This document shows, piece by piece, positions 14,387 through 26,162 of a stretch of DNA of 64,000 nt. The DNA lies in NCBI GenBank assembly GCA_002104945.1, contig MCFH01000042.1, positions 248,001 through 312,000 of the forward strand, in the 5' to 3' direction. Every line of letters begins with the position of its first letter. The first letter of the stretch is position 1. A program made the translations under genes and the position numbers. The stretch is from Piromyces finnis finn (lineage: Eukaryota > Fungi > Neocallimastigomycota). Below the pieces are notes generated by a model that made no database searches, was not told the origin of the DNA, and saw only the letters and a program-made list of their open reading frames with translations.

Positions 14387-15622
14387 TACCTATTTTCTTT
14401 TTTTTTTTTTTTTTATTTCATATTTTCATATATTATTTTTACAAAAGCAAAAACAGCAAAAAAATTATATATTAAAATTTTTTATCCTATTTAGTTTTTT
14501 TTATTATAAATGAAATAATTTTTAATATCTATTATAATAGCAATTATTAAATATTATATCTATGTCTATATCTATGTATATCTATTATTTTATGTTATGT
14601 ATATTCCTTTTTTTTTTTTATATATATCTTTATTTTTTCTTTTCATACTTATCTATTAGGAAAAAAAAATTTTTTTTCTCCTTTCATTATTTTATAGTAT
14701 CTGTACTTTTAATAATTATTATGCTAATAAAAAAAATAACATATTATTTAAAAAAAAAAAAAAAACAACAACAACACCTTATAATAATTAAAATTGTTAT
14801 TCATTTTATATTATGATGTTAAAAAAGTTATAATATTAATGAATAGAATAAAATATAGATGATATAAAATCTCTTATTGTCATCATTACATTAATTCACC
14901 TATTTTTTTCTCAATTCAAAAATTATTATTATTTAAAGTTTATATTTGTTTCATAAATGATATTTATTATAGACTGATTAAGTGGATTAACTTTATCAAA
15001 ATTAAGCCATAATAACAACGATATTTCATACGCCACAATCACATTTTTATTATTAAGTGACTCGTTGAATTCCATGCACATTTAAGTAGTTAACTTTTAT
15101 TTGAGTAATCATTAACTATTATATATAGCAATATAAAAAGAAATGCAACTTTTATTGCTTAATTTATAGATTCTTATTGCTTTTTTTTTTTTTTTTTAAA
15201 TATTTTATTTTATTCTATTAAATTATAATATATAGATAGAATATTTCACTCTAAATCTAATATATTTTTAATTATATTAAATAAATAAAATTTCACATGA
15301 AAAAAATTAATTAGTTAATTATTATTATTTAGGAATAAGATACACAAAAACACAAAAACGTCATCACATCAAAATATTCTTATTTAAACTGCCTTTTTAA
15401 TTATGTATGATTACTTTTTGTTATTAGTAAGGAACAATAACATTGATATTATCTTTTATAATTATTTTATAAAATAGTAATAAATTGAAGATAGAGTAAA
15501 TATATATATATAATAGACTATTATCATTGTAGAATATTATTTCAATATGATGTTTTAATAATTTACCTTTTATTTTACTTTTTCAATTAGTAAGATGTTA
15601 ATTTAATCCTATATATGCCAAA

Positions 15623-15701
15623 GTCGTTCCAGTTTTTATCCTGGTTGTTAAGGCGTTTCCTTAGCATACATAAGGCTTCTGGTTCGACCCCGCAGATGTC
15701 A
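15623..15701 (+). pseudogene. Degenerate tRNA-Ala(AGC)-like head of the SINE (not a functional tRNA)
   Basis: gcgtttccTTAGCATacataaggcttcTGGTTCGACCCCgcagatgtca aligns to the eukaryotic tRNA-Ala pattern CTCCC-TTAGCAT-GGGAG-AGGTC-TCCGG-TTCGATT-CCGGA. The anticodon stem no longer pairs; the T stem pairs 4/5. Confidence 0.62.
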
Positions 15702-16168
15702 GTGCCACTGGGTTTGCCATGGGTTGGGTTATGATATTCAGGTAAGTATAAATGAACTTTCTAATTTACTACTATGATGATAACACTCGTCTAGCCGGCC
15801 TGAGAGGGTCTAGTGTACATGGTACATTCCAAATTAGAACTTAATAAGTGGTGACTTAGGCTATGCCAAAAACACATAATATTCCTTAATTAATTTAAGT
15901 GTAAACATTAGGGGGCGGTTGACACGTGATCAAATTCTCTATAAGAGGCTTAGCATTGTAGTTGTGAAATATCGTACAACGACATGCATCTAATGTACAT
16001 GGATTAAGTGAGCGTCGAAGCTGAAGAAACAGTATGACAGACCAGGAGGGTCACAACCACCTAGCAATAGGAATGAGCTAACGTTTCTCTAAGAACCACC
16101 ATTGGAGCTAACTCTGATCGATGGGAGAAATGCACTCGGAAGTTAAAAAAAAAATATATATATATATA
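15623..16168 (+). mobile_element. Putative tRNA-Ala-derived SINE (non-autonomous non-LTR retroelement) with 13-bp TSD
   Basis: GC-richer island flanked by direct repeat tatatatgccaaa (15610-15622 and 16169-16181). The 5' ~79 nt resemble tRNA-Ala(AGC): anticodon loop TTAGCAT, B-box GGTTCGACCCC, partial T and acceptor stems. The 3' end is a short A run plus (TA)n. No long ORF. Confidence 0.72.
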
Positions 16169-16237
16169 TATATATGCCAAAATACATATTTATCCAAAAA
16201 AAATAAAGTTTTCTAGTTTTGTGAATTGAGCAGTTTC

Positions 16238-16273
<36 letters not shown>

Positions 16274-17876
16274 AAATTTAATAAATGAAAAATGATTATT
16301 TAAAAAAGTTAGTATTATATATATTAAAGTTTATTTCTTTATAAAATGTGTATACCATAAAAATTTTTTATAATAATAATAATAATAAAAAGAAAAAGAA
16401 AATTGGTATTAAAAGAGTGATGCAATAAGTAAAATATAATAAATATAGATTGATTAGTTTATAAAAGTTTTTTCTTTTCTTTTTTTATAATTTAACTATA
16501 TATATATATATATATTTTTTTGTAAAAATTATTCATTCAAATCTTTTTTAATTTCTTTTAATATTATGCATAAATTCAATAAAACTTTTAAATAGGTTTA
16601 TTAATATTATAAATAAATTAATATTAAATGAAATTATCCAAAATTTAATTTCATAATTTAAAATAATAATATTTTATATATTAAAAAATATTTAATTTTT
16701 TTTTTTTTTGTTTGTAGGGTCTTTATAAAAAAAGTTAGTCTCTCACTACCACCACTATTTATGATATGCGTTTTTACAATTTAAACGAATAAACATAAAA
16801 TAAATTAACAACAAATTAGAAAAAAAAAATAATTAATTTTATTTTTCTCCATTGTTAATATGTTAATGTATTAAAATAAAAATATTGCTATTTCAAATAT
16901 ATATATAAATTAGTATTTATCCTTTTTTTTATTTTAATAATTTACATAGTTATTATCTGTATAAAAATAAAAATATCTATAATAATGTTATACTCGATTT
17001 AAAAGAAATACTTTAATATTTATATATTGCAATTATATTTGTTTTTAAAACTAAATACTACATATAATTTTATTCATTATCTTATATTCAAGTATTATGC
17101 CATTTTAGAATTTTTATATTATCTTTAGATATTAAAAAAGCAAGCAAGCAAACGAACAAAAAGCAAGCAAACAAAATAAATAAATAATAAATGTTTTTTT
17201 ATGTCTTTTTTTTTTAAAGAGAAAAAAAAGAAAATACACTAAAAAACAACATTAATAATAACTAATATAGAAGAATATAACTCAATTGTACTATATTTCA
17301 ACTTTTTTTTTTTAATAAATTAAAAATTGTTAACAATACTATAAGTAAATTTAATGACTAATAGTATTGCACAAGACATTTATATTCGTTTAATTAATAA
17401 TAATACAATAGATATAAAAGTTTTGTCATATAATATTTAGCGTTTTCAGATTTTTTTAATTACAGTATTTTTTTTAATTAATAAATATCACATATAAATA
17501 TTTACATATTTTTAAATAAACTAATAAATACTTATTTAAAGATAATAATTTTAATCTCATTATGATAATATAGCAGACTAAATTATTTATTTATGTAAAC
17601 AAATTCTCTATTTTTTTTTATTGAATATATTGCTATTATCATTAACTTTTAAAATATCGAATTTTGCATAATAAATCTCTATTTTGTTGTAATTTCAACG
17701 AAAAAGCAAAACTAAATAAAACAACTACCTTTCTTCTTCTTTTTCTTTTCTTTCTTTCTTTTTTTTTTTTTTTTAAAAAAAAGAAAAAATAGTAATAATA
17801 TCATTATTAATATATAGATAAAAAATAATTATAAAAAAAGAGTTAATACTAAGAAAGTACAAAAATTTTTTGCGAT

Positions 17877-19860
17877 ATGGATAAACCTATATCCTCTGCT
17901 GAATTAGATATCAAGAAAAACGAGCTTGCAGCAATAATTTTTTCTGCTCAAAATGCTGATAATGCTGATAAAAAAGAAGTAGGTATAACTCATATAGAAG
18001 CATAATAGTCATTATTAGAGAAAATTAATAAAGTTTCAATTTATAAATAAACATATATATATGTATATTTAATATTGTTATTGATAGGATGCTTATGCTC
18101 AATATATTAATTGTTTAATTGTCATTTCTAATCAATTATTAGAACTAAAATTGGAAAGTAAGTAAAACAAGAAATTATTGTTATAAAAAGTATATTTTAT
18201 ATCATCAAATGGTATTATTAATATAATATATCTATAAATATTATCATTATTATTTTATTAGATTTTACTATAGAAATTTCAAATTATGTGTCGTCAATTC
18301 TTCATTTACTTGAACGTTGTTGTGGTAGATTGAAATCAATATCAAGTACTTATAAACCAAGTAAGGGTTTAGTAAATTCAAAGATTGGTGATCTACCTGA
18401 TACCACAAACATTTTACCAGACAAATCGTTAACTAGTGATGTTCAAGAAGGTCAAACAACACTATTAAAAAAACCATTCTCATTTTTTCAAAAAAATCAG
18501 GTTATTCGACGTAACACAGTAGATCCTATGAGCAATTATATAAATAAAAAACCTTTTAAGTTTATGAAAAGTTATTCTGTTCATGAAATACACTATGGTC
18601 GTATTCCAAATGATGATGAAAATTCATTAGAATTACCAATGGATATTAGCCATACAATTAGTGGTGGAGGGGTAGAAGAAGAGGATGATATTGAGGGCAA
18701 TACAAATCAACATAATGATAATAATAAACTTGGAGATAATTTAAACGAATATGATATTAAACTTAGTGAAAGTCCTAAGGGAGAAGAAAAGAAATCAACC
18801 AGAGTATCAAATCAATATATATTTAGTAGTGATTCTGAAGATTCTATTGACGATGAAGATTTCTATAGTGATTTTAGTAGTATTGATTATAATGAAATTG
18901 GTATCGAGAGTACTGATGCAAAACCAAATAAAACTCAAGAAAACAATACAAATATAAATGTTGGCGTAAATAAAGATAAAAACAGTTCGAATAATCAATA
19001 TTATTTACCACCACCACTACCTTATGCAAATAACAATGACAAAGATGAAAATAATCAAGCTGTACATTCAAATGGACAAATAAATAATGAACCAACTCTT
19101 TCTCTTGGTTTTGAATCAGCAACAAGAATTAATCATACTTTTAGCCAAAATAGTTATGAAAGTCAAGCTAGTAATACAAGTCATAATAGCTATAAAAGTC
19201 AAATTAGTAGTACAAGTCAAAAAAGTAATGGTAATTACAATCAAAATAATCAAATAAATTATAATCATAGTCAAAATATTAATGAAATGAATTCACCTTC
19301 TTTGCCCTCCCATAACCAAAGTATTTCTAGTGTAAATAGAATTAACAGTCAAAACAGTAATTATTGTTCTAATAGTAACTTTAGTAATAATAGTGTGAGT
19401 CATGAAACATATATTCCTATGCCAAGACCATCTTCAATATGTAGTAATCATAGTATAAGTAGCAGTCATAATAATTATGGCGATAATAATTATAATAATA
19501 ATGACTATAATAGCTATAATAACAATTACAACAACAATAATGACAATAGCAACAACTATAATACTATTGCTAAATTAAATAGTTCTAAAAAAAGAAATAC
19601 ATTATCTATAATTGAATTAAAAAACCAAGGAATGTATAACAACAATAATGATAATAGAATTTTCCATCATTCACAAACTACAAGTGGTTATTCTATGCCA
19701 ATACCTAAAGCTAATGTTAAAAGAATAAGTACTATTGCTCAAACAAATAATATATCAAATCTAGATAATAGTTATCAGAATTTCTCATCATCTCCAAATC
19801 GTATATTAGATAATAGTAATAATACTAGTTTTATTAATAGCATTAACCACAATAATAGCT

Positions 19861-19952
<92 letters not shown>

Positions 19953-22900
19953 TATAATGGTAATAACAACAATAGCTACAATAATAACCATAACAATTTC
20001 AACAACAATAATAAACATAGTATTTCAATAAATAGTCATAATCAAAGCCATGATGGTTTCTCAAATATACCACATACTATTGTTAGTTCTTCCACTATTT
20101 CAAGTAGTAAAACAAATAGTACAATTCATAGTAGTAATAGTAATTATAGTAACAATAACAATGGTGATTACAAGAATTACATTAACAACAACAATAATAA
20201 CGATTATAATAATATGCCAGATAAAAGTAATTCACAAATAAGCTATAACAATATTACGAATAACATATCTCCGCATAATAATACACCTGGCTATGCTATG
20301 CCATCACCAACACAAAGTAACTCTGTAACATTACACATTAATATGAATCAAAGTTATAATAATCAATTATTACAACCTGAAATTAGCCATAATCCAGACG
20401 TTAGTATTTACGATAATTCTGAATCCTATGATCTATCTATGGCAGAGAAAAGTAGGTTTGATATTAATCCTAATGGTCCAAGTAATGGTATTAAAATACC
20501 GATGCCATTACCTGTTATTAATGTCAATGAAGTACCTATGCCATCGTACACCTCTTCTCCATTAATTATTCAAGCTCAACAAAGAAATCACCAAATATGG
20601 CAAAATTATCAACAAATTCAAAATAATGGTATTCCTGTTTCATCAGCCTTGACTCTTTCATTACTTCGATTAATGACTGAGAACTTAACTGTTGCTCGTA
20701 AAAATTCATCTACAATTACTGAAAAGAAGTTAAACGAAAGAAAGGAAAGCCAATTTACGATTTTTGAAATAGCCAATTTACCAATAAATGATGAAATACC
20801 TCAACAACATAAAAAGCATGAAGAAGCGGAAGAGGCAGAAAAAATTGAAGTCTTAGAATATTTAGAGGATACTTCAATCATGAATGATGATATGCCTCAA
20901 GGTAAAATTGAATCAAATGGTGAAGAAGAATTTATTTCAAAAGTGTCATCGATAAAAAAGAGTGGATCCAAACTTCTTATCATTGATGGATTAATCAAAG
21001 AATTATATGATACTGAATGCAGCTATATAGATAATTTAAATGTTATGGTGGATATCATTAAAGCTCGTCTTTTAAAAAAGAATATTATTCCGGTAAAGGC
21101 TGTTGAAGTCATATTCTTTGGTTTAATGGAAATCAGAGATTTCAGTATCAAATTAAGGGATAGTATTCATGAAGCCTCCGCCACTAGTATTGATAATAAA
21201 GTTAATGCCATTAGTGAAGTTTTCCTGAGATATGTTGGTGATTTTAATTGTTATGTTAACTTTGTATCGAATTATTCCAAAGCATCCATTACTATCAAAT
21301 CCTATGAAAAATCTTCGACTTTATTTGCTGAATTTCTTCATTCCATCCCAAAAATGGAAGAATGTAAGCGTCAAGACATTAATAGTTTCTTTATTATGCC
21401 AATTCAACATGCTATGCGTTATTCTTTGTTACTATCCGAATTGAACAAGAAAAATCCAGAAAATGAAGGACTTGAAGCCGCCATGAACTTTATGAAGGAA
21501 ATGGCTGAAACACTTAATCAAGTAAAACGTCAAGAAGAAGAAATTAATGGCGTTTATACGATTTTTAATGAAACCTTGTATTGTCCAAGAATTCTTATTA
21601 AGAATTCGGAATCTGAGCCTAAACGTTTAATTGAAACCTATCATGGTATTATCTTTAGACGTACCTCAGCAAGTATTCATGTGATGAATGATTCTGTTTT
21701 AATTACTAAAAATAGAAAAGCTAATATTAAATATAAATATAAATTCCAATTCTTTATTGAGTATTCGTCTATCGTAGTTCGTAAGAGTAAGTCTTTTTTT
21801 TTTTTTTTTTTAAATATTGATTTAGTATATCTGTAATTATAATTATTAAAATTAAGAAGTGGTGTAAAGCATAAAAAATTAATCGATGGAATCAATAGAT
21901 ATTTAAAGAATGTTTCTGCCATAAAACTATAATAATTAATAATTAAATAATAATAAAATTATTAATAATAGAATAGTCATAGTTATATACAGTCAAAAAA
22001 CAATAATAATATAATTTATAAATAATAATTTAATAGTCAGATCATAAGCATAATTATAATCATAATCATAATAATAATCATAATCATAATCATAGTAATA
22101 ATTTATAATATATTATGGTATATTCAAGAAAAGACATATAGACATATAGTAATAATTTATAATATATTATGGTATATTCAAGAAAAAACATATAGTAATA
22201 ATTTATAATATATTATGGTATATTCAAAAAAAGACATATAGTAATAATTTATAATATATTATGGTATATTCAAGAAAAGACATATTATTATTTGGTAGTT
22301 AATGGCAACATAATAACACCTTTAAAAACTAGTCATTCCATAGAATTTCATTTATTTTTTCATTAAAAAAGAAAGACAATTTAATTTAATTTATTTATTA
22401 ATGAGTAAAAAGAAGATTAAAGTTTTATGGGATTAAATTTAAAATTAATACCAAATTAATAAACAAATCTTAATTATTCACATTCATTATATCCTTTTTT
22501 TTTTTAGGTAATAAATCAGACACCAATTTAGCCTTCTTTATTAAAAATAATAATCCAAATAATTTTGTTTCAAAATCTAGTAATTTATTAGCAAAGACAA
22601 GTCAACGTATTACAAATCTTCACCTTAAAAAAGGTGTAAAGGGAGAAGCATTAGTTTGCATTGTAAAATTAAATAGTAGTAAAGACGCGGATGAATTGTT
22701 AAATCTTATAAAGGAACTCTCAGAAAAATTTGTCAATGAGGGAGAAGAAAAGAATAGAAGTAATAGTCAACAACTACAAGAAGTATCCTATTTCAATGAA
22801 ACAAGTTCTATGTTTAATAATTCAATGGAAAATTCTACTACGTTTGATCAAAGTTCCATTTTAAATTCGTCTCGCTCAACTCATTCGACACAATCACGAA

Positions 22901-22998
22901 GTATTTCTGATAGACTCTACGATCATTCATTTGATCCTTCAAAATCGTATGATATGGAGGATGAAGAAGAAGAATACGATGAAAATGATTATTATTAA
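17877..22998 (+). CDS. Rho guanine-nucleotide exchange factor (DH + PH-like) with N-terminal MIT-like helical domain and long Asn/Ser low-complexity linker; 4 exons, ~1393 aa
   Basis: Exons 17877-17978, 18088-18157, 18262-21780 and 22508-22998 join in frame via GT-AG introns. DH motifs IKELYDTECSYIDNL and INSFFIMPIQHAMRYSLLLSEL...AMNFMKEMAETLN. N-terminus AQNADNADKKEDAYAQYINCL resembles a MIT helix pattern. Confidence 0.85.
22095..22284. repeat. Intronic minisatellite, 4 x 46 nt
   Basis: Unit gtaataatttataatatattatggtatattcaagaaaagacatata at 22095, 22149, 22195 and 22241, with one extra gacatata after unit 1. Lies in the 727-nt last intron of the RhoGEF gene. Confidence 0.92.
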
Positions 22999-23199
22999 GA
23001 CTCTATCTTAATGTAAAATAGAGATATTTAATGATAGTGATATTTTTATACACTCTAAATAAAATCTAAATAAATAAAATAAAATACAATAAATACAAAT
23101 CAAATTTATCTTAGTATTAAAAAAATAGTTATGAATATAAAGAAAATAAGCCATATAAAAAAGCTTAAAAATCAAATTTAAAATAGAATAAAAAAGTTA

Positions 23200-23200
23200 A

Positions 23201-23235
<35 letters not shown>

Positions 23236-23240
23236 ATGTA

Positions 23241-23271
<31 letters not shown>

Positions 23272-23312
23272 ATGTATAAATAAATAAATAAATAAATAAA
23301 TTAATTGATCAA

Positions 23313-23387
<75 letters not shown>

Positions 23388-23388
23388 A
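23200..23388. repeat. (TAAA)n microsatellite, interrupted
   Basis: Long TAAA run with a few interruptions (tgta, ttaattgatc). Confidence 0.9.
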
Positions 23389-23596
23389 TTTAATTAAAAA
23401 AAATTATTGAAAAATTAATTATTTTTTAAATATTTTTTTAAAAAAAAACAAATAATTTAGAATTTAATTTAAAACCTTATTAAATAAAAATTAAATTTAA
23501 AAATTGGTCATTCAATGTCCAATGGGTTATTTATTATGTCCATTTTTTTTTGTATAAATATTAAAAATACGTCCGTTATATTTCTCGATTTTATGT

Positions 23597-25294
23597 ATGA
23601 AGAATTTAATGATAGAAATGGAACCAATTAAATGTAGGGATGTAAAGGTTGACCTGGACAATAAAGAGATTAATAATATTTCAACAAAGGAGGAGAACAT
23701 GAGAAGGAAGGAAGGTATTAATGATTTTAGGAGTTATCCAATGTTAAATAATGAAGAGAAGATGAAGAATAAATCAATTTATACTATTCATCATCATCAT
23801 CATCATGTTTATATTTGTCCCAGTCCATTAACATCATTGTTTGACCTAAGAGTACCTAATCCGTTAATACATAATAATAATTTATTGTCTTTGTCTAATT
23901 CAATATTACCTAATTCTTTTTCTTTAGCTTCATCACCTATTCTACCTTTATCAAATAATATGTCATTGTTATCAAATAATTATCATTTTCAATTAAATTC
24001 TTTACCACTGTCAAATAATATAAATAGTGTAATGGCAACTTCTCTATCGTCATCGCTGTTAAACTCTACACCCACTTTATCTACATTAAAGTCAGATTTA
24101 TCACCTTCAATGCATGAAAATATACACTCATCAACAAATTCTAATTCTTTTTCTTTATCGTTGAATTCTTCATATACCTCAACTGGTAACTTATCAAATA
24201 CTACACCTTTACCGTTGAATTCATTACTTTCATCAAGTACTCCAACATCATCATTAAATAAACCATCTCCATTGAGTATTACAACTTCAAGTACTTTTAC
24301 TTCATCAGATTCATTAAATAATGTAAACTCATCAAGTAATCCTACTTCATCAAATTCATTAAATAATAATGTAATCCCATCAAGTACTTTTACTTCATCA
24401 GATTCATTAAATAATGTAAACTCATCAAGTAATCCTACTTCATCAAGTCCATTAAATAATAATGTAAACTCATCAAGTAATCCTACTTCATCAAGTTCAT
24501 TAAATAATAATGTAAACTCATCAAGTAATCCTACTTCATCAAGGTCATTAAATAATAATGTAAACTCATCAAGTAATCCTACTTCATCAAGTATTTTTAC
24601 TCCACTGAATTCTTTGATTTCGTCAACTCCATTATCAAATACAATATTACCTTTACCATTAGATATTTTATCTACATCATTGAATTTCTCATCTCTATCC
24701 AATACATTATCACCTGTGGATAATAATAAAATCAATAATATGGATGTAAATAATATGCTTAATTATAATAAACGGAACATTTTAAATATTAGCAACAACA
24801 ATAATATTATTAGAAATGATACCCAAAATAACATAATTAATAATACTATCGAAAATGAAAACCTTTTAAATATAAAAGATAATGAATGTACATCTTCATC
24901 TTCAAATTATACCATAAGTTTTAATAGAAAGAAAAGAAAACAAGAAGATAAAGATGGTCAATTAGTTAATAACAATAATAATTCTATAATAAATGAAACA
25001 AATAATAGTCATGAAGATTACCGTAAGAAAAGAAAATTGTTAAAAGGAAAGGCTCCTGAATTTGATAAAGAAACAAAAAAACATGAAGAAGAAAATACAA
25101 AGAAAATAGAGATTCGTTGTTGCGTTTGCTATGAAGAACCAATAATAGATAAAAAGTATTTTAATACATGTTGTGGTCATTTTTTCTGTGAAACCTGTTT
25201 AGATGCTTGTATAAAGAGGAAAAAAGAATGTCCTATGTGTAGATTTTCATTTAGAAATAAGAGAAATTTTAAATATAGAATATATTTTAGTTAA
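23597..25294 (+). CDS. C-terminal C3HC4 RING E3 ubiquitin ligase (RNF4/Slx8-like architecture), intronless, Ser/Asn-rich
   Basis: 565-aa ORF ending CCVCYEEP...TCCGHFFCETCL...ECPMCR...YRIYFS. Basic NLS-like RKKRK upstream of the RING. Confidence 0.88.
   Translation: MKNLMIEMEPIKCRDVKVDLDNKEINNISTKEENMRRKEGINDFRSYPMLNNEEKMKNKSIYTIHHHHHHVYICPSPLTSLFDLRVPNPLIHNNNLLSLSNSILPNSFSLASSPILPLSNNMSLLSNNYHFQLNSLPLSNNINSVMATSLSSSLLNSTPTLSTLKSDLSPSMHENIHSSTNSNSFSLSLNSSYTSTGNLSNTTPLPLNSLLSSSTPTSSLNKPSPLSITTSSTFTSSDSLNNVNSSSNPTSSNSLNNNVIPSSTFTSSDSLNNVNSSSNPTSSSPLNNNVNSSSNPTSSSSLNNNVNSSSNPTSSRSLNNNVNSSSNPTSSSIFTPLNSLISSTPLSNTILPLPLDILSTSLNFSSLSNTLSPVDNNKINNMDVNNMLNYNKRNILNISNNNNIIRNDTQNNIINNTIENENLLNIKDNECTSSSSNYTISFNRKKRKQEDKDGQLVNNNNNSIINETNNSHEDYRKKRKLLKGKAPEFDKETKKHEEENTKKIEIRCCVCYEEPIIDKKYFNTCCGHFFCETCLDACIKRKKECPMCRFSFRNKRNFKYRIYFS
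24312..24593 (+). repeat. Coding minisatellite, ~6 units of 45/48 nt (SLNNNVNSSSNPTSSS)
   Basis: cattaaata unit starts at 24312, 24357, 24405, 24450, 24498 and 24546 (periods 45, 48, 45, 48, 48), including a 93-nt higher-order duplication. Confidence 0.9.
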
Positions 25295-26162
25295 ATGGAA
25301 TTTTTTTATATACAATTTTATATATGTCAATTACTAAACACCAATAAGTGTGAAGTTAATTGATATATATTTTAAATATATATATTTTAAAAGTGGTTTT
25401 TTTATTGAATAGTAAATATTTTTTTTATTATTCGAAAGAGAAATGAATTAAGTATATATATATAAAATTTTAATTTTAATATTCTATAATAAAATTATTT
25501 ATTTTTTAAATGTACAAAAATTAAATACATAAACATTACATTATGGTTAAATACATTATGTTTTAATTCAATACATTACATACACATACAATCTACATTT
25601 TCTAATATACAAATGTATTACATTAATATTTTATTGTTAGCTAATTTAACAGCGGTCATTTTTTGAATTTAAATTCCTACGTAATTATTATTTTTATAAT
25701 ATGAAACATTTTAGTAATAAATTAAATATTCATTTTATTAATTAAAGTTTTTTAATATATTAATTTATTAATATTAAAAATTTATTTTTAAATTTTTATT
25801 TTATAGTATCATATATTTTTATTATATAAATAGAATAGAATAAAATATATTAAATGTATTCAGTTTTATTTGCTACATATAAAATTTTTATATTAAATTT
25901 TATATTAAATTTTATATTAAATCTTAAAAAAAAAAAAAATAATATAAATAAAAGATTTTTTTACTTCTTAATTACTTCCTTCTCTTTAAAAAAAAAAATG
26001 GTGGAAAAGAAAAAAAAGTTAATAAAAAAATTTATTTAAAAAAAATTATTTATTTTTTAAAGCTGATGGTGATGTAATGTATATTACAAAATAAGAAAAG
26101 TTATTGTAGGTGGCACTGTTCAATTAGAAAGAGAATAATTAAAATGAAGACTTTACTTTAAA

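Noticed and set aside
15623-15701. Functional tRNA-Ala gene
   Set aside because: The anticodon stem does not pair (tttcc/acata), the A-box and D arm are degenerate, and the acceptor stem is short. Treated as a SINE head.
15792-15809. 18-nt match (TAGCCGGCCTGAGAGGGT) to a conserved bacterial 16S rRNA hairpin, as recalled
   Set aside because: The flanks show no further rRNA similarity. It is better explained as a GAGA-tetraloop hairpin than as an rRNA fragment.
15781-15824. Twister-ribozyme resemblance (TAACACT...GCCGG...AGTG)
   Set aside because: The P2-like pairing is present, but the conserved L4 loop (UCC.AAGC-type) and pseudoknot partners are missing, so it cannot be called a twister.
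16021-16130. Hammerhead core CTGAAGA
   Set aside because: No stem II closing onto a properly placed GAAA and no compatible stem I/III arrangement.
21857-21930. Possible alternative exon within the last RhoGEF intron
   Set aside because: The candidate AG acceptors give an in-frame stop within a few codons, and there is no clear donor.
23989-24735. 248-aa antisense ORF with LLDEVGLLDEFTLLFN repeats
   Set aside because: Shadow of the sense-strand Ser/Asn coding minisatellite; the repeat unit simply lacks stops on the reverse strand.
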